Origin: Longimicrobiales bacterium
GTDB taxonomy: Bacteria; Gemmatimonadota; Gemmatimonadetes; Longimicrobiales; Gaopeijiaceae
Length of the DNA: 64,000 nt
Reading direction: 5' to 3'
NCBI GenBank assembly: GCA_965204735.1
Contig: OZ242008.1
Location: forward strand, 160,001 to 224,000
Shown: piece by piece, positions 10,587 through 21,143 of the stretch
Layout of the letters: each line of letters starts with the position of its first letter
How positions within the stretch are numbered: the first letter of the stretch is position 1
Notes under the pieces: generated by a model
What the model was told of the DNA's origin: nothing
The model's database searches: none
What the model saw: the letters and a program-made list of their open reading frames with translations, nothing else
Program-made: the position numbers and the translations under genes

Positions 10587-12088
10587 CCGACTCCGGCAAC
10601 CTCACCATCGTCGCGGTCCTGGCCGCCTACATCCTCGTGCTGGTGGGAATCGCGTGGCGGACCAGCCGCGAGAGCGGCTCCGTCTCGGGCTTCTACCTGG
10701 CGGGAAAGAAGCTGCCCTCCTGGGTGATCGCCTTCTCCGCCAACACGACCGGCGAGAGCGCGTGGCTCCTTATCGGCCTGACCGGCATGGGCTACCTCGT
10801 GGGCTTCCACGCCATGTGGGTCGTGCTGGGAGAGGTGCTGGGCGTGGCGCTGGCGTGGACGGTGGTCGCCCGTCCCTTCAAGGAGTTCACCGACCGGTAC
10901 GACGCCATCACCGTGCCCGACTACCTGGCCGACCGCTTCCACGACCGGAACCACGTCCTTCGCGTCGTGAGCGCGGTGATCATCTTCACGATGGTGGTGG
11001 CCTACACGGCGGCGCAGCTCACGATGTCGGGCAAGGCGTTCTCGTCGTTCATCGGGACCAGCTACCTCAACGGCGTCCTGATCGGGGCGGCGGTGATCCT
11101 GGTCTACACCAGCGTCGGGGGCTTCAAGGCCGTCGCCTACAGCGACCTGGTCCAGGGGGCGCTCATGTTCCTCTGCCTGATCCTCCTGCCCGTGGCCGGC
11201 ATCTGGCACGCCGGCGGCTGGAGCCAGCTGATGGCGGGGATCGGCGAGACGGACCCGGCGCTGCTGCGGCCCCTGGGCGCCCACGGCCTCGGCGCGGCCG
11301 GCATTGCCAGCGCCCTGAGCTTCGCGGGGATCGGGCTGGCGTTCCTGGGCGCGCCCCAGCTGCTCACCCGGTTCATGTCGGCACGCGACAAGCGGCAAAT
11401 CTCCCGGGGCGGGGTGATCGCCGTGGCGTGCATCGTGGTCTTCGACACGGGCGCCGTGCTGGCCGGCGTCGCGGGACGCTACCTCTTCCCGGGGCTGGCC
11501 GATCCCGAGACCGTGCTGCCGGTCATGTCCACCGAGCTCTTCCCGGCGGTGGTGGCCGGACTGGTGCTGGTGGTGGTCATGGCGGCGATCATGTCCACGG
11601 TGGACTCGCTGCTCATCCTGGCGTCGTCGGCCGTGATCCGGGACTTTGTGCAGAAGATCCTTCGACCGAACCTGTCGGACCGGGGGCTGTCGTCGGCGGG
11701 ACGGATCCTGACCGCCGTCATTGGGCTTGGCGGACTCGCGTTTGCGCTTCCGGGAGAGAACCAAGTGATCTTCTGGTTCGTGCTCTTCGCGTGGTCCGGG
11801 CTGGCGTCGGCGTTCACCCCGGTGGTACTCTGCTCCCTCTTCTGGCGACGCACCACCCGAGCGGGGGCCGTGGCGGGCATGATCGCCGGCTTCCTCACGG
11901 CCGTAGCGTGGGCGGTGGTCAAGGAGCACTTCCTGGACCTCTACGAGATGATCCCCGGCTTCGCGGCGGGCTTCGCGGTCACGATCGGCGTCAGCCTCTT
12001 CACCACGCCGCCGCCGGGCGCGGCCGAAGAGCTCGACGACGTGAGGCGCGTGGTCGGCGGTCCCTTCACCGCAGGAGCATCGGAATGA
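10583..12088 (+). CDS. putP: Sodium:solute symporter, PutP-like
   Basis: About 13 TM segments; FYLAGKKL, SAWLLIGLTG, YTSVGGFKAVAYSDLVQG, AAIMSTVDS. Confidence 0.8.
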   Translation: MTDSGNLTIVAVLAAYILVLVGIAWRTSRESGSVSGFYLAGKKLPSWVIAFSANTTGESAWLLIGLTGMGYLVGFHAMWVVLGEVLGVALAWTVVARPFKEFTDRYDAITVPDYLADRFHDRNHVLRVVSAVIIFTMVVAYTAAQLTMSGKAFSSFIGTSYLNGVLIGAAVILVYTSVGGFKAVAYSDLVQGALMFLCLILLPVAGIWHAGGWSQLMAGIGETDPALLRPLGAHGLGAAGIASALSFAGIGLAFLGAPQLLTRFMSARDKRQISRGGVIAVACIVVFDTGAVLAGVAGRYLFPGLADPETVLPVMSTELFPAVVAGLVLVVVMAAIMSTVDSLLILASSAVIRDFVQKILRPNLSDRGLSSAGRILTAVIGLGGLAFALPGENQVIFWFVLFAWSGLASAFTPVVLCSLFWRRTTRAGAVAGMIAGFLTAVAWAVVKEHFLDLYEMIPGFAAGFAVTIGVSLFTTPPPGAAEELDDVRRVVGGPFTAGASE

Positions 12089-13776
12089 CGGGAATGACCA
12101 GAGGCCGGTTCCTGGGGTTGTCCGCCGGCGCCGGCGCGGGGCTGGCGACGGGGTGCGGGCCCGACGGGCCACGCGTCGCCTTCGCCGCAGACGGCGGCAC
12201 GGCTCCGGATCTGATCGTCCACGGCGGAACGATCCACACGATGGACGACGCCAACCCCCGGGCCGAGTCGGTTGCGGTGAAGGACGGCCGCTTCGTGGCG
12301 GTGGGCTCTCGGTCCGACGTGGAGAACCTCCGGGGCGCCGGGACGCAGGTGATCGACCACGGCGACGCCGTGATCGTCCCCGGCTTCGTCGACGCCCACA
12401 CGCACCCGGCCGGCGCGGGCGTTCGGGAGCTGAAGGACGTGAACGTGGACGTCCGAAGCGTCGCCGAGATCAAGGACCGGATGGCGGCGAGGGCCAGAGA
12501 GACTCCCGTGGGCCAGTGGGTCGTGGGCTTCAAGTACGACGACACCAAGCTGGCCGAGGGCCGGCCGCTGAACCGGCTGGACCTGGACGAAGCGGTCCCG
12601 GACCATCCGGCGGTCGTGGGACACCGGGGCGGCCACACCAGCGTGTACAACTCCCGCGCCTTCGCTCTGGCCGGCGTGGACGCCGACACCCCGGACCCCG
12701 ACGGAGGCAAGTTCTACCGTGCGGAAGGAGCGCTGACGGGGCTGGTGGCGGAGCGGGCCAACTACGTCTTCCGCTCGCTGATCCCCAACACCCACACCGA
12801 CGACGACCGGCAGGCCGGCGTGGCCCTGATCACCAAGCTCATGGCCCAGGCCGGATTGACCTCCTTCCACGACGCCGGAACGTCGGCCGCCAGCCTGAGG
12901 GCCTACCGGGCCGCCTACGAAGCCGGCGAGCTGCGCTGCCGCGTCTACATGCTCATGCGAGGTCCCTACGAGGACCTGCGCCGGGCTGGGGTGGCGACGG
13001 GCTTCGGCGACGAGTGGCTGCGAGTCGGGCCGGTCAAGTACGGCGCCGACGGCTCGGCCTCGGAGCGCACGATGCGCATGAGCACGCCCTACGTGGGCCG
13101 CCCCGACGACTACGGCATCCTGACCATGAGCCAGGCCGAGCTCCACGAGGCGGTGGAGCAGGCCCACCGCTCCGGCTGGCAGGTCGGCGTCCACGCCAAC
13201 GGCGACGTCGCCATCGACATGGTGCTGAACGCCTACGAGCGCGTACAGGAGCGCTGGCCCCGGCCCGACCCGCGCCATCGGATCGAGCACTGCTCCCTGG
13301 TCGACCCGGACCTCCTCCGCCGGATCAAGGCCGCGGGCGTCGTGCCCACGCCCTTCTACACCTACGTCCACTACCACGGCAACAAGTGGGTGGAGTACGG
13401 TCCCGAGAAGATGGAGTGGATGTTCGCCCACCGGTCGTTCCTGGACCACGGAATCCCCGTGGCGCCGGCGTCGGACTACACTCCGGGTCCCTACGAGCCG
13501 CTCATGGCCGTCCAGAGCATGGCGACCCGCACCGACTTCGACGGTCGCGTGTGGGGCGCGAGCCAGCGGATCAGCGTGGCCGAAGCGCTGCGCATCTGCA
13601 CGATGGGCGGCGCGTTCGCGTCGTTCGAGGAGCACGAAAAGGGCTCCATCGCCGCCGGCAAGCTGGCGGACTTCGTGGCGCTGGCCGCCGATCCCCACGA
13701 CGTCGCCCCCGGCGCCGTCAAGGAGATCCCCGTCCTGCGCACCGTAGCCGGCGGAGCAACCACGCACGAGGCATGA
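12085..13776 (+). CDS. Amidohydrolase 3 (YtcJ-like), Tat-like/lipoprotein signal
   Basis: MTRGRFLGLS...ATGC; PGFVDAHTH, HANGD, RHRIEHC, ASD, GKLADFV. Confidence 0.9.
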   Translation: MTGMTRGRFLGLSAGAGAGLATGCGPDGPRVAFAADGGTAPDLIVHGGTIHTMDDANPRAESVAVKDGRFVAVGSRSDVENLRGAGTQVIDHGDAVIVPGFVDAHTHPAGAGVRELKDVNVDVRSVAEIKDRMAARARETPVGQWVVGFKYDDTKLAEGRPLNRLDLDEAVPDHPAVVGHRGGHTSVYNSRAFALAGVDADTPDPDGGKFYRAEGALTGLVAERANYVFRSLIPNTHTDDDRQAGVALITKLMAQAGLTSFHDAGTSAASLRAYRAAYEAGELRCRVYMLMRGPYEDLRRAGVATGFGDEWLRVGPVKYGADGSASERTMRMSTPYVGRPDDYGILTMSQAELHEAVEQAHRSGWQVGVHANGDVAIDMVLNAYERVQERWPRPDPRHRIEHCSLVDPDLLRRIKAAGVVPTPFYTYVHYHGNKWVEYGPEKMEWMFAHRSFLDHGIPVAPASDYTPGPYEPLMAVQSMATRTDFDGRVWGASQRISVAEALRICTMGGAFASFEEHEKGSIAAGKLADFVALAADPHDVAPGAVKEIPVLRTVAGGATTHEA

Positions 13777-13777
13777 C

Positions 13778-14923
13778 ATGAAGGACGACTTCCACCCTGC
13801 AACCTTCGCATCCCCCTTCCTCTGGATGCGCCTCGCCTGGGACAACGGCGGCATTCCGCGCCGGTACTGGCGGAAGTTCGCCGGCATACTCGCGTTGTCC
13901 ACGACGACGACACCGTTGCGGCTGGCCGAGCGGGTGGCGTTCTCGAGGAAGATCGACAGGACGCCCATCGACAAGCCGCCGTTCTTCGTACTGGGCTTCC
14001 CACGCACGGGCTCGACGCACTTGCAGTACCTGCTCGCCCAGGATCCGCAGTGGGGCTACTTCAACACCTACCAGTGCGTGGCGGCGCCGTTCTCGTTCGT
14101 GGCGAGCGGCTGGATCAAGCGGCTCCTGCGGAAGGCCATGGAGGCCGCCGGCGAGCAGACCCGGCCCATGGACAACGTCAAGGTAACGCTGGACTCGCCG
14201 CAGGAAGAGGACCTCGCCGTTGCCGCCATGTCGCGTCTGTCGGCCGTGCACCAGCTGGCGTTCCCCAAGTCGTTTCGGGAGACGGTGGCCAAGTACGTGA
14301 TGATGGGGCGCAGGCCGGACGGCTCTCCCGACGGCAGCCTGTCGGCGCGGGAGCTGCGCCAGTGGGAGCGCGTCTACGTCCGCGAGGTGCGAAAGGTGGT
14401 CCTCCACTCCGGCGGCAAGCCCCCGATGCTGCGGAACACGCTCAACATCGCCCGCTCCGACCACTTGGCGCGCCTCTTCCCGGGCGCGAAGTTCCTGCAC
14501 ATCATCCGCAATCCGTACGCCGTCTACCCCTCGGTGATGCACCTCAACCGCACGATGCTGCCGCTGTACCAGCTGGACGACTACGACTGGGACGAAGTGG
14601 AGCAGCACATTGTCGACGCCTACAAGCTGCTGATGTCCAAGTACATGCGAGACCGCGAGCTGATTCCGGACGGGCGCTTCGCCGAGGTGCGCTACGAAGA
14701 CCTGGACAAGGATCCGCTGGGCGAGCTGGAGCGCGTGTACGAGGAGCTGGAGCTCCCCGGTTGGAGCGTCGCCCGCGAACGCATCGAGGCGTACCTGGAG
14801 ACGGTGGCGGGCTACCGCAAGAACCGCTTCACGCTGCCGCAGGCGACGATAGATCGGATCACCGACGAGTGGGGGTTCGCAGTGGACGCCTGGGGCTACG
14901 AGCCGCCCCCCGCCGCCGAATAA
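13778..14923 (+). CDS. Sulfotransferase, Stf3-like
   Basis: 5'-PSB loop GFPRTGST, 3'-PB HIIRNPYAVYPS, RYEDL, RPMDN..PQEE. Confidence 0.85.
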   Translation: MKDDFHPATFASPFLWMRLAWDNGGIPRRYWRKFAGILALSTTTTPLRLAERVAFSRKIDRTPIDKPPFFVLGFPRTGSTHLQYLLAQDPQWGYFNTYQCVAAPFSFVASGWIKRLLRKAMEAAGEQTRPMDNVKVTLDSPQEEDLAVAAMSRLSAVHQLAFPKSFRETVAKYVMMGRRPDGSPDGSLSARELRQWERVYVREVRKVVLHSGGKPPMLRNTLNIARSDHLARLFPGAKFLHIIRNPYAVYPSVMHLNRTMLPLYQLDDYDWDEVEQHIVDAYKLLMSKYMRDRELIPDGRFAEVRYEDLDKDPLGELERVYEELELPGWSVARERIEAYLETVAGYRKNRFTLPQATIDRITDEWGFAVDAWGYEPPPAAE

Positions 14924-14936
14924 CGCGCGAACGGAC

Positions 14937-16913
14937 ATGCTGAGGTTTGCCGAGGAGCTGCTTCTCCTCCTCATCGACGAGGACTCCGGCAGCTTGGCGT
15001 TCGTGCCCGAGCGCGACTTGAACCACGCGCTGGCCGGCGCCGCGCTCATGGACCTGGCGCACGAGAACCGGATCGACACGGACCTGAAGCAGCTGACGGT
15101 GGTCGATTCCGCGCCCCTGGGCGACGACGTGCTGGACCCGGTGCTGGCGCGCCTGGCCAAGAGCACAAAGCAGCGCGCGCCCGAGTACTGGGTGCGCCAC
15201 TTCGCGCAGGACGGCGAGCGCATCCGGGCGTCGTCGCTCCAGCGCTTGGTCGAGGCCGGCATCATTCGGTCCGCCGACGAGGGCGCGATCGAAACGACGA
15301 CCAAGGTGGCCCGGGCCAAGCGCTACCCGGCAGTGGACGGCAAGGCGGAGCAAGAGGTGCGCCTCCGCATCATGGGCGTGCTCTTCAGCGACGACGTGCC
15401 CGGGCCGCGCGACGTGGTGATCATCTGCTTGGCCGACGCCTGCGGCGTCTTCAAGGGCATGCTCGCCAAGGCGGAGTTCGAAGAGGCGCGGGAGCGGATC
15501 GATACGGTGCGTCGCCTCGACCTGATCGGCCAAGCAGTGACCCGGGCCGTGCGCGAGTCCGAGGCGGAGGAGAAGGAGACCCGCCCGCGGCTGAAGAAGC
15601 CGCCGATGGCCAAGGGGCTGCCGTTCGTCGGCAACGTCCGCGAGGCGTCGATCGACTTGGGGCGCTTCCTGGCCGAACAGTACGTGGAGCTGGGTCCCGT
15701 GTTCGAGGTTCGCATTCTGCGCAGGACGCTTCTGGTGCTGGCGGGCGAGGAGGCGAACCGCTTCGTGAACCGCCAGGGGAGGCGCTGCTTCAGCTCGAGA
15801 GAACCGTTCCAGGGGCTTGCCGAAGGTCTAAACATGCACAGGATCGTGCTGAACATGGAGGGGCAGGAGCACTTCGCGATACGCAAGGCGTTCGCCCCCG
15901 CGCTGGGTCGCCCCCGCTTCAACCAGTGCTTCGACCTGGCCAACGAAGTCGTGCACCGGCAAGTTGCCGCCCTGCCCGTGGGCCGGCCCCTGCATCCCTT
16001 GCCGTTCCTGCAGCAGGTCGTCGCCGAGCAGATGGGAAGGATTCTGACGAACCGGTCGGCCTCCGAACAGGTCGAGGACATGGCGACGATGCTCGACATC
16101 TTGCTGAAGACCAAGGTGACCAAGCAGCTGCCATGGCTGCTGTTCGCGAGCAGGTTCAAGAAGGCGAAGGCGGGCGTGGAGACCGTTGCGCACGAGATCC
16201 TCGAGGCCCATGGGCCGGGCGGGCCGTTCCACGACTCCGGCGATTTCATCAGCGACCTGATCGACCTCAACCGCCGTGACCCGCAGCTCATACCCGAGAC
16301 CGACATGAGCGGCTGGGCGATCGCTCCCTTCCTCGCGGGAATGGAGACCGTGGCCAACACGTGCGCCTTCAACCTCTACGCCGCGCTGAAGTACCCGGAG
16401 CTGAAGGATAAAGTCGTCGCGGAAGCGGACGCTTTCTTCTCCGGCGCGCCGTCGGCCAAGGGGTTGGCGGAGATGGACGTCACGCGTCGCCTGATCATGG
16501 AGTCGATGCGCATGTGGCCGGCGGCCCCCGTGCTCTTCCGGGTCGCGGCCAACTCCTTCGACTTCGCGGGCTACCACGTGTCCGCAGGCACGCCCATGTT
16601 CCTTCCGCAAGCGGCGACCCATCACCTGCCCGAGCACTTCCCCGAACCGGAGCGCTTCGATGTCGACCGGTACCTGCCGGAGCGCGCAGAGCACCGGCAG
16701 TCTCATGCATACGTTCCCTACGGCGTGGGCGTGCATCGCTGCCTGGGCGCAGGCTTCGCCGATCTCCAGACGCTGCTCATCCTGGCCGTTTTGATGAACG
16801 GCGCGGAGATGGAACTCCACCCGCGCGACTACGACCTCAAGGTCACCAACGTCCCGACGCCCAGACCCGCGAAGAACTTCAAGATCAAGGTGACGAGGCT
16901 GCGGACGGGGTGA
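14937..16913 (+). CDS. GOLPH3/Vps74 (GPP34) domain - cytochrome P450 fusion
   Basis: N-terminal FAEELLLLLIDE..LAGAALMDLA (GPP34); P450 I-helix AGMETV, ExxR (ESMR), PERF, YGVGVHRCLG heme motif. Confidence 0.85.
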   Translation: MLRFAEELLLLLIDEDSGSLAFVPERDLNHALAGAALMDLAHENRIDTDLKQLTVVDSAPLGDDVLDPVLARLAKSTKQRAPEYWVRHFAQDGERIRASSLQRLVEAGIIRSADEGAIETTTKVARAKRYPAVDGKAEQEVRLRIMGVLFSDDVPGPRDVVIICLADACGVFKGMLAKAEFEEARERIDTVRRLDLIGQAVTRAVRESEAEEKETRPRLKKPPMAKGLPFVGNVREASIDLGRFLAEQYVELGPVFEVRILRRTLLVLAGEEANRFVNRQGRRCFSSREPFQGLAEGLNMHRIVLNMEGQEHFAIRKAFAPALGRPRFNQCFDLANEVVHRQVAALPVGRPLHPLPFLQQVVAEQMGRILTNRSASEQVEDMATMLDILLKTKVTKQLPWLLFASRFKKAKAGVETVAHEILEAHGPGGPFHDSGDFISDLIDLNRRDPQLIPETDMSGWAIAPFLAGMETVANTCAFNLYAALKYPELKDKVVAEADAFFSGAPSAKGLAEMDVTRRLIMESMRMWPAAPVLFRVAANSFDFAGYHVSAGTPMFLPQAATHHLPEHFPEPERFDVDRYLPERAEHRQSHAYVPYGVGVHRCLGAGFADLQTLLILAVLMNGAEMELHPRDYDLKVTNVPTPRPAKNFKIKVTRLRTG

Positions 16914-16922
16914 GGCCTGGAG

Positions 16923-17153
16923 CTACGAGCCGTCGCCCCCGGAGTCCGTGGTCGCTCGCTCTTCGGAAGGGACGGGAGGCCGGTTCCTGTCGGGCGCGAT
17001 GAGCCGCGGGGGCAACCGGAGATAAGTTCGCCCGGAAGTCGCCTCGCGGTCCTGAATGTCTTCGAATATCCGCTTCAGGTCATATCCGAACTTGCGAGCG
17101 TGCTCGTCCCTGATTGCCCGTACGTCTGCCACGATAGGGTCGGTCCAAGTCAT
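16923..17153 (-). CDS. Small putative antitoxin partner of the PIN toxin
   Basis: WTDPIVADVRAIRDEHARKFGYDLKRIFEDI; overlaps the PIN gene by 4 nt. Confidence 0.7.
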   Translation of the reverse strand: MTWTDPIVADVRAIRDEHARKFGYDLKRIFEDIQDREATSGRTYLRLPPRLIAPDRNRPPVPSEERATTDSGGDGS

Positions 17154-17578
17154 GTCGACTCTCCATGGAAATCCAGCCCGTTGGTGACGGCCACCGCAAC
17201 GTGCAATGCATCTCCTGCCGCGTTGGCGGGAAACGCTCCTACCGTTACAAGATGCTGAGCGAGTTCAAGGGCCGAGGGCGTTGTCGCCACTACATCCAAG
17301 TTGCGAATGCTCTCTTTCCGTGCACTGGCTAACTCTTGGTTTCCCGCCCCGGCTTCCCCGATTACGGCCTCCGACACGACCAATCGCCAATGTTTCGCTG
17401 CTGTCGCCCACCAGTCTTGCGTGGCCTGTTGCCTACCCAAGACGACAACATCGCGAGACCGTCGTGCGACCAAATAGCTAACCACGCTGGTCTCAAGATA
17501 GACGGTGGGTCGTACTGTGCACATTCTTTCCTGCTTCTGGCCACCTGATGATGTCTCGACGTCGACAAATAATCTCAT
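17150..17578 (-). pseudogene. PIN-domain (VapC-like) toxin, C-terminally truncated
   Basis: VYLETSVVSYL...DALHVAVAV; ends at GLDF without the usual LLTWN...H tail. Confidence 0.65.
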
Positions 17579-17585
17579 CGCTTCA

Positions 17586-18256
17586 CTACTCCTGCAAACG
17601 CAAGCTAGGCAGACTGTCGCAGATATCGACGGTCCGCAAGCTAACTGTCGTAATTCGTTTCACGAGGTCGATAATGTACCGGTCATCACCAGTTTCAGCG
17701 GCCCAATCGTTTGGGTCGTTGACAATGCCACTGGTCCCCATCGCATGATCGGGCGGTCGCTACGTTTCTCGAGGGCCTGTTCGGCATGGACACTCCATTT
17801 GCTCGTAGTGGACACGAAGATTCCTCCGCTGAATTCGGTCGTGGATGACGTTGCGATGAACCTGTCCACTTCGACACGGCGTATCGCAGCTCCGCGGGCA
17901 TAGAACTTGCACTGAATGGCGATCAGCCCACCACCATCACGCTCGCGGGCCACGAGGTCGATCCCTGTGTCGATCCGTCCGGCCCTCTGCGGATAGTCCT
18001 TCCACAGCCATACCTTATCGAATCGCTGCCGCTGCGCCTTGTCCACCTCGATGAACGCCTTCACTAGCTGCTCGAACACCGTCCCCTTAGCATACTGGTT
18101 CGTTGGGGACTGCCCCAGGGTCTTCTGTTCAAGAACTTCGAGCACCTGCTGGAACGACGACGGCGGAGCGTGCCGTACTCGGGGAAGAAGCCTTCGAGTC
18201 GCTCCTGGGGGTCGTTCAGGTCCATCCGTCGTCCCGTTCTCGGGTTGGCTTGCCAA
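17586..18256 (-). pseudogene. Type ISP restriction-modification enzyme with a large internal deletion
   Basis: N-terminal Mrr-like nuclease (DTGIDLVA..IAIQCKFY) joined out of frame near 17735 to the C-terminal peptide SGIVNDPNDW..RYIIDLVKRITTVSLRTVDI..LP (TAG at 17586). Confidence 0.8.
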
Positions 18257-18579
18257 TCACGGTGGCACTATTGATTGATAGGACGAGGTCGCCGCGGGCG
18301 CAAGTTGGTGTTGGGCAACTTGATCCCCGGGCCGGGCTTCGGCCCGCATCCCCGCCGCCCTCAAGAGACGGAGCGAGCAGGTGTGCCGAGGCGGGTCGCC
18401 GACGGTCGTCCGCCCCCGGGATCGCACCGAGTGGGATCGCGGGGGCGTCAGGAATGCGGACGCACCCCCGGGCAACTCCTGGAACCACCAACTACTTGGC
18501 CGCCGGCCCACGGTGTGCCACCTTGACCTTGACGCCGAGTCACCAACGAAGTCGCCCGTCCACCAGACGAAGATCCCGC

Positions 18580-21143
18580 ATGAAGACCAACTTCGATCCT
18601 TGCGCCGCTGCAGCTCCCGCGCCCGGAACGCGGGCGGGGGTGGGCTGGTCGCTCGCCGCTCGCGTCGGTGCCCTGTCGTTCAAGACCCGGACGCTGGCCG
18701 GAGCGGTCGTCCTCTTGGCAGTCGGCGTCGCGGAGGCGACTGCCCGGGAGGGCCGCCCCGCCCAGGAGCAGCAGGTCGTCGCGGTTCCGGGCCTGCAAGT
18801 GCCCGTGGAGATCGTTCGCGACCGCTGGGGCATCAACCACATCTACGCCCAGACCGAATACGATCTCTTCTTCGCCCAGGGCTACGCCGCCGCCCGGGAC
18901 CGCCTCTTCCAGTTCGAGGTGTGGCGGGCCCAGGCCACCGGCACGGCCGCCGAGATGCTGGGCCCCTCGGAGATCGAACGCGACGTCGGCTTCCGCCTCT
19001 TCAAGTACCGGGGCGACATGACGCAGGAGATGAACCACTACCACGACCGGGGATCGGAGATCATACCGGCCTACGTGGATGGCGTGAACGCGTGGATCGC
19101 CCGGACCGAAGCCGACCCGTCGCTGCTCCCCGTCGAGTTCGAGCTCCTCGGCATCCGTCCCAAGCGGTGGACCCCGGAAGTGGTGATCTCCCGCCACCAG
19201 GGACTGTTGGGGAACATCGGCGCCGAGCTGAACTACGGTCGGGCGGTCGCCGCCGCGGGCAGCCAAGCCGTCAAGCGAGTGGCCAACTTCCACCCCGGCG
19301 ACCCGGAGATCGATCTGGATCCGGCGATCGACGGCAGCCTGCTGGAGGCGGACATCCTTCGACTGTACAACGCGTTCCGGCGTCCGATCCGCTTCCGACC
19401 CGACCACTTGGCGCCGGAGCATCGCGGGAGCGGCCCGGCCCGGTCGCTTCTGGACGGCGCCGCCGACTCGGACGCCCTGGCGTGGTCGGAGCCGGAGTAC
19501 GAGAGCAGGGGCTCCAACAACTGGGTGGTCGCCGGACGGCTCGCGGAGAGCGGCTTCCCCATGATGGCCAACGACCCGCACCGCGCCCAGTCGGCCCCCT
19601 CGCTCAGGTACTGGGTGCACTTGGTGGGGCCGGGCTGGGACGTGATCGGCGGCGGCGAGCCGGAGATCCCTGGGGTCAGCATCGGCCACAACGGCCACGG
19701 AGCGTGGGGACTCACGGTGTTCAGGACGGACGGCGAGGACCTCTACGTCTACCGCACCGATCCCGCCGACCCCAACCGCTACCGCTACCGGGACGCATGG
19801 GAAGAGATGACGGTGATCGTCGAGGATATTCCCGTGAAGGGCCAGGGGCCGCACCGCGCCGAGCTCAAGTACACGCGCCACGGCCCGGTGGTCTACGAGG
19901 ACCCTCGAAACCAAGTCGCCTACGCGGTTCGGGCGGCGTGGCTGGAGCCCGGCGGCGCTCCCTACTTGGCCAGCCTTCGCATGGACCAAGCCAAGACGTG
20001 GGAAGAGTTCGTCGAGGCGTGCAGCTGGTCCAACATCCCCGGCGAGAACATGGTCTGGGCCGACCGGGACGGAAACATCGGCTGGCAGGCCGTGGGGATC
20101 GCGCCCGTGCGACGGAACTGGTCCGGCCTGGTGCCGGTTCCCGGCGACGGACGCTACGAGTGGGACGGCTACCTGCCGATCCCCGCCAAGCCCAGCGTGC
20201 TGAACCCCTCCGAGGGCTTCTTCGTCACCGCGAACAACCACCTGACGCCGCCCGACTACCCCCATCGAGACGCCATCGGATGGGAGTGGTCGGACCCCTA
20301 CCGGTGGGCCCGGGCGTCGGAGGCGCTGGGTTCGGGGCGCCGCCACTCGGTGGGCGACATGGCGGCGCTGCAGACCGACTACCTGTCGTTGCCGGCGCGC
20401 GCCTTGACGCCCATGCTCCGCCACGTGTCGTCGGTGCTGCCCGCCGTCGAGGAGGCCCGCCGCCGCCTGTTGGAGTGGGACTTCGTCCTCTCGCCCGAGT
20501 CGGTTGCGGCGGGCGTCTACGCGGCGTTCGAGCGGCGGGTGCGGCGCAACGTGTACGAAGCAGTCGCGCCGCCGGGTCGCGTGCGCCGCTTCCTTCGGGG
20601 AATGGCCATGACCAAGGTCCTGGCCCACCTGGAAGCGCCGGGAGGCGAGTTCGGCCCGGACCCCGTCGCCGGTCGGGACGTACTCCTCCTCCGCAGCCTC
20701 GAAGAAGCCGTCGAGGAGCTGCAGGCGAAGCTGGGACCGCACATGGACGAGCGGGAGTCCGATGGCGAAGGTTGGCGCTACGGCCAAGCCGCATACAAGC
20801 ACGCGGTTGTCCGCCACCCCCTCTCCGACGTCGTGCCGGACGAGCTGGCGGGCCGCCTCTCCGTGGGCCCGGCGCCGCGAGGCGGGAACAGCTACACGCT
20901 CAACAACACTGGAAGCGGCGACAACCAGACTTCGGGCGCGTCGTTCCGCATCGTAGTGGACACCGGCGACTGGGACCGGACGCTGGGCGCCAACACCCCC
21001 GGCCAATCCGGCGACCCCGACTCGCCGTTCTACCGCAACCTCTTCGACCTTGGGCCGCCGACCGCTACTTCCCGGTCTTCTACTCCCGGGAGCGGGTGGA
21101 GTCGGTTGCGGCGGAGCGATGGACGCTGACGCCGAGCAGTTGA
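18580..21143 (+). CDS. Penicillin acylase family (Ntn hydrolase) with a frameshift near 21051
   Basis: RDRWGINHIYA, GSNNW catalytic Ser, ANDPH, PGQSGDPDSPFY; the final 30 or so aa (WAADRYFPVFYSRE) lie in another frame. Confidence 0.85.

Noticed and set aside
18511..18560. CGGTGTGCCACCTTGACCT as a class A/B promoter upstream of the acylase
   Set aside because: No GCGT block at the expected spacing.
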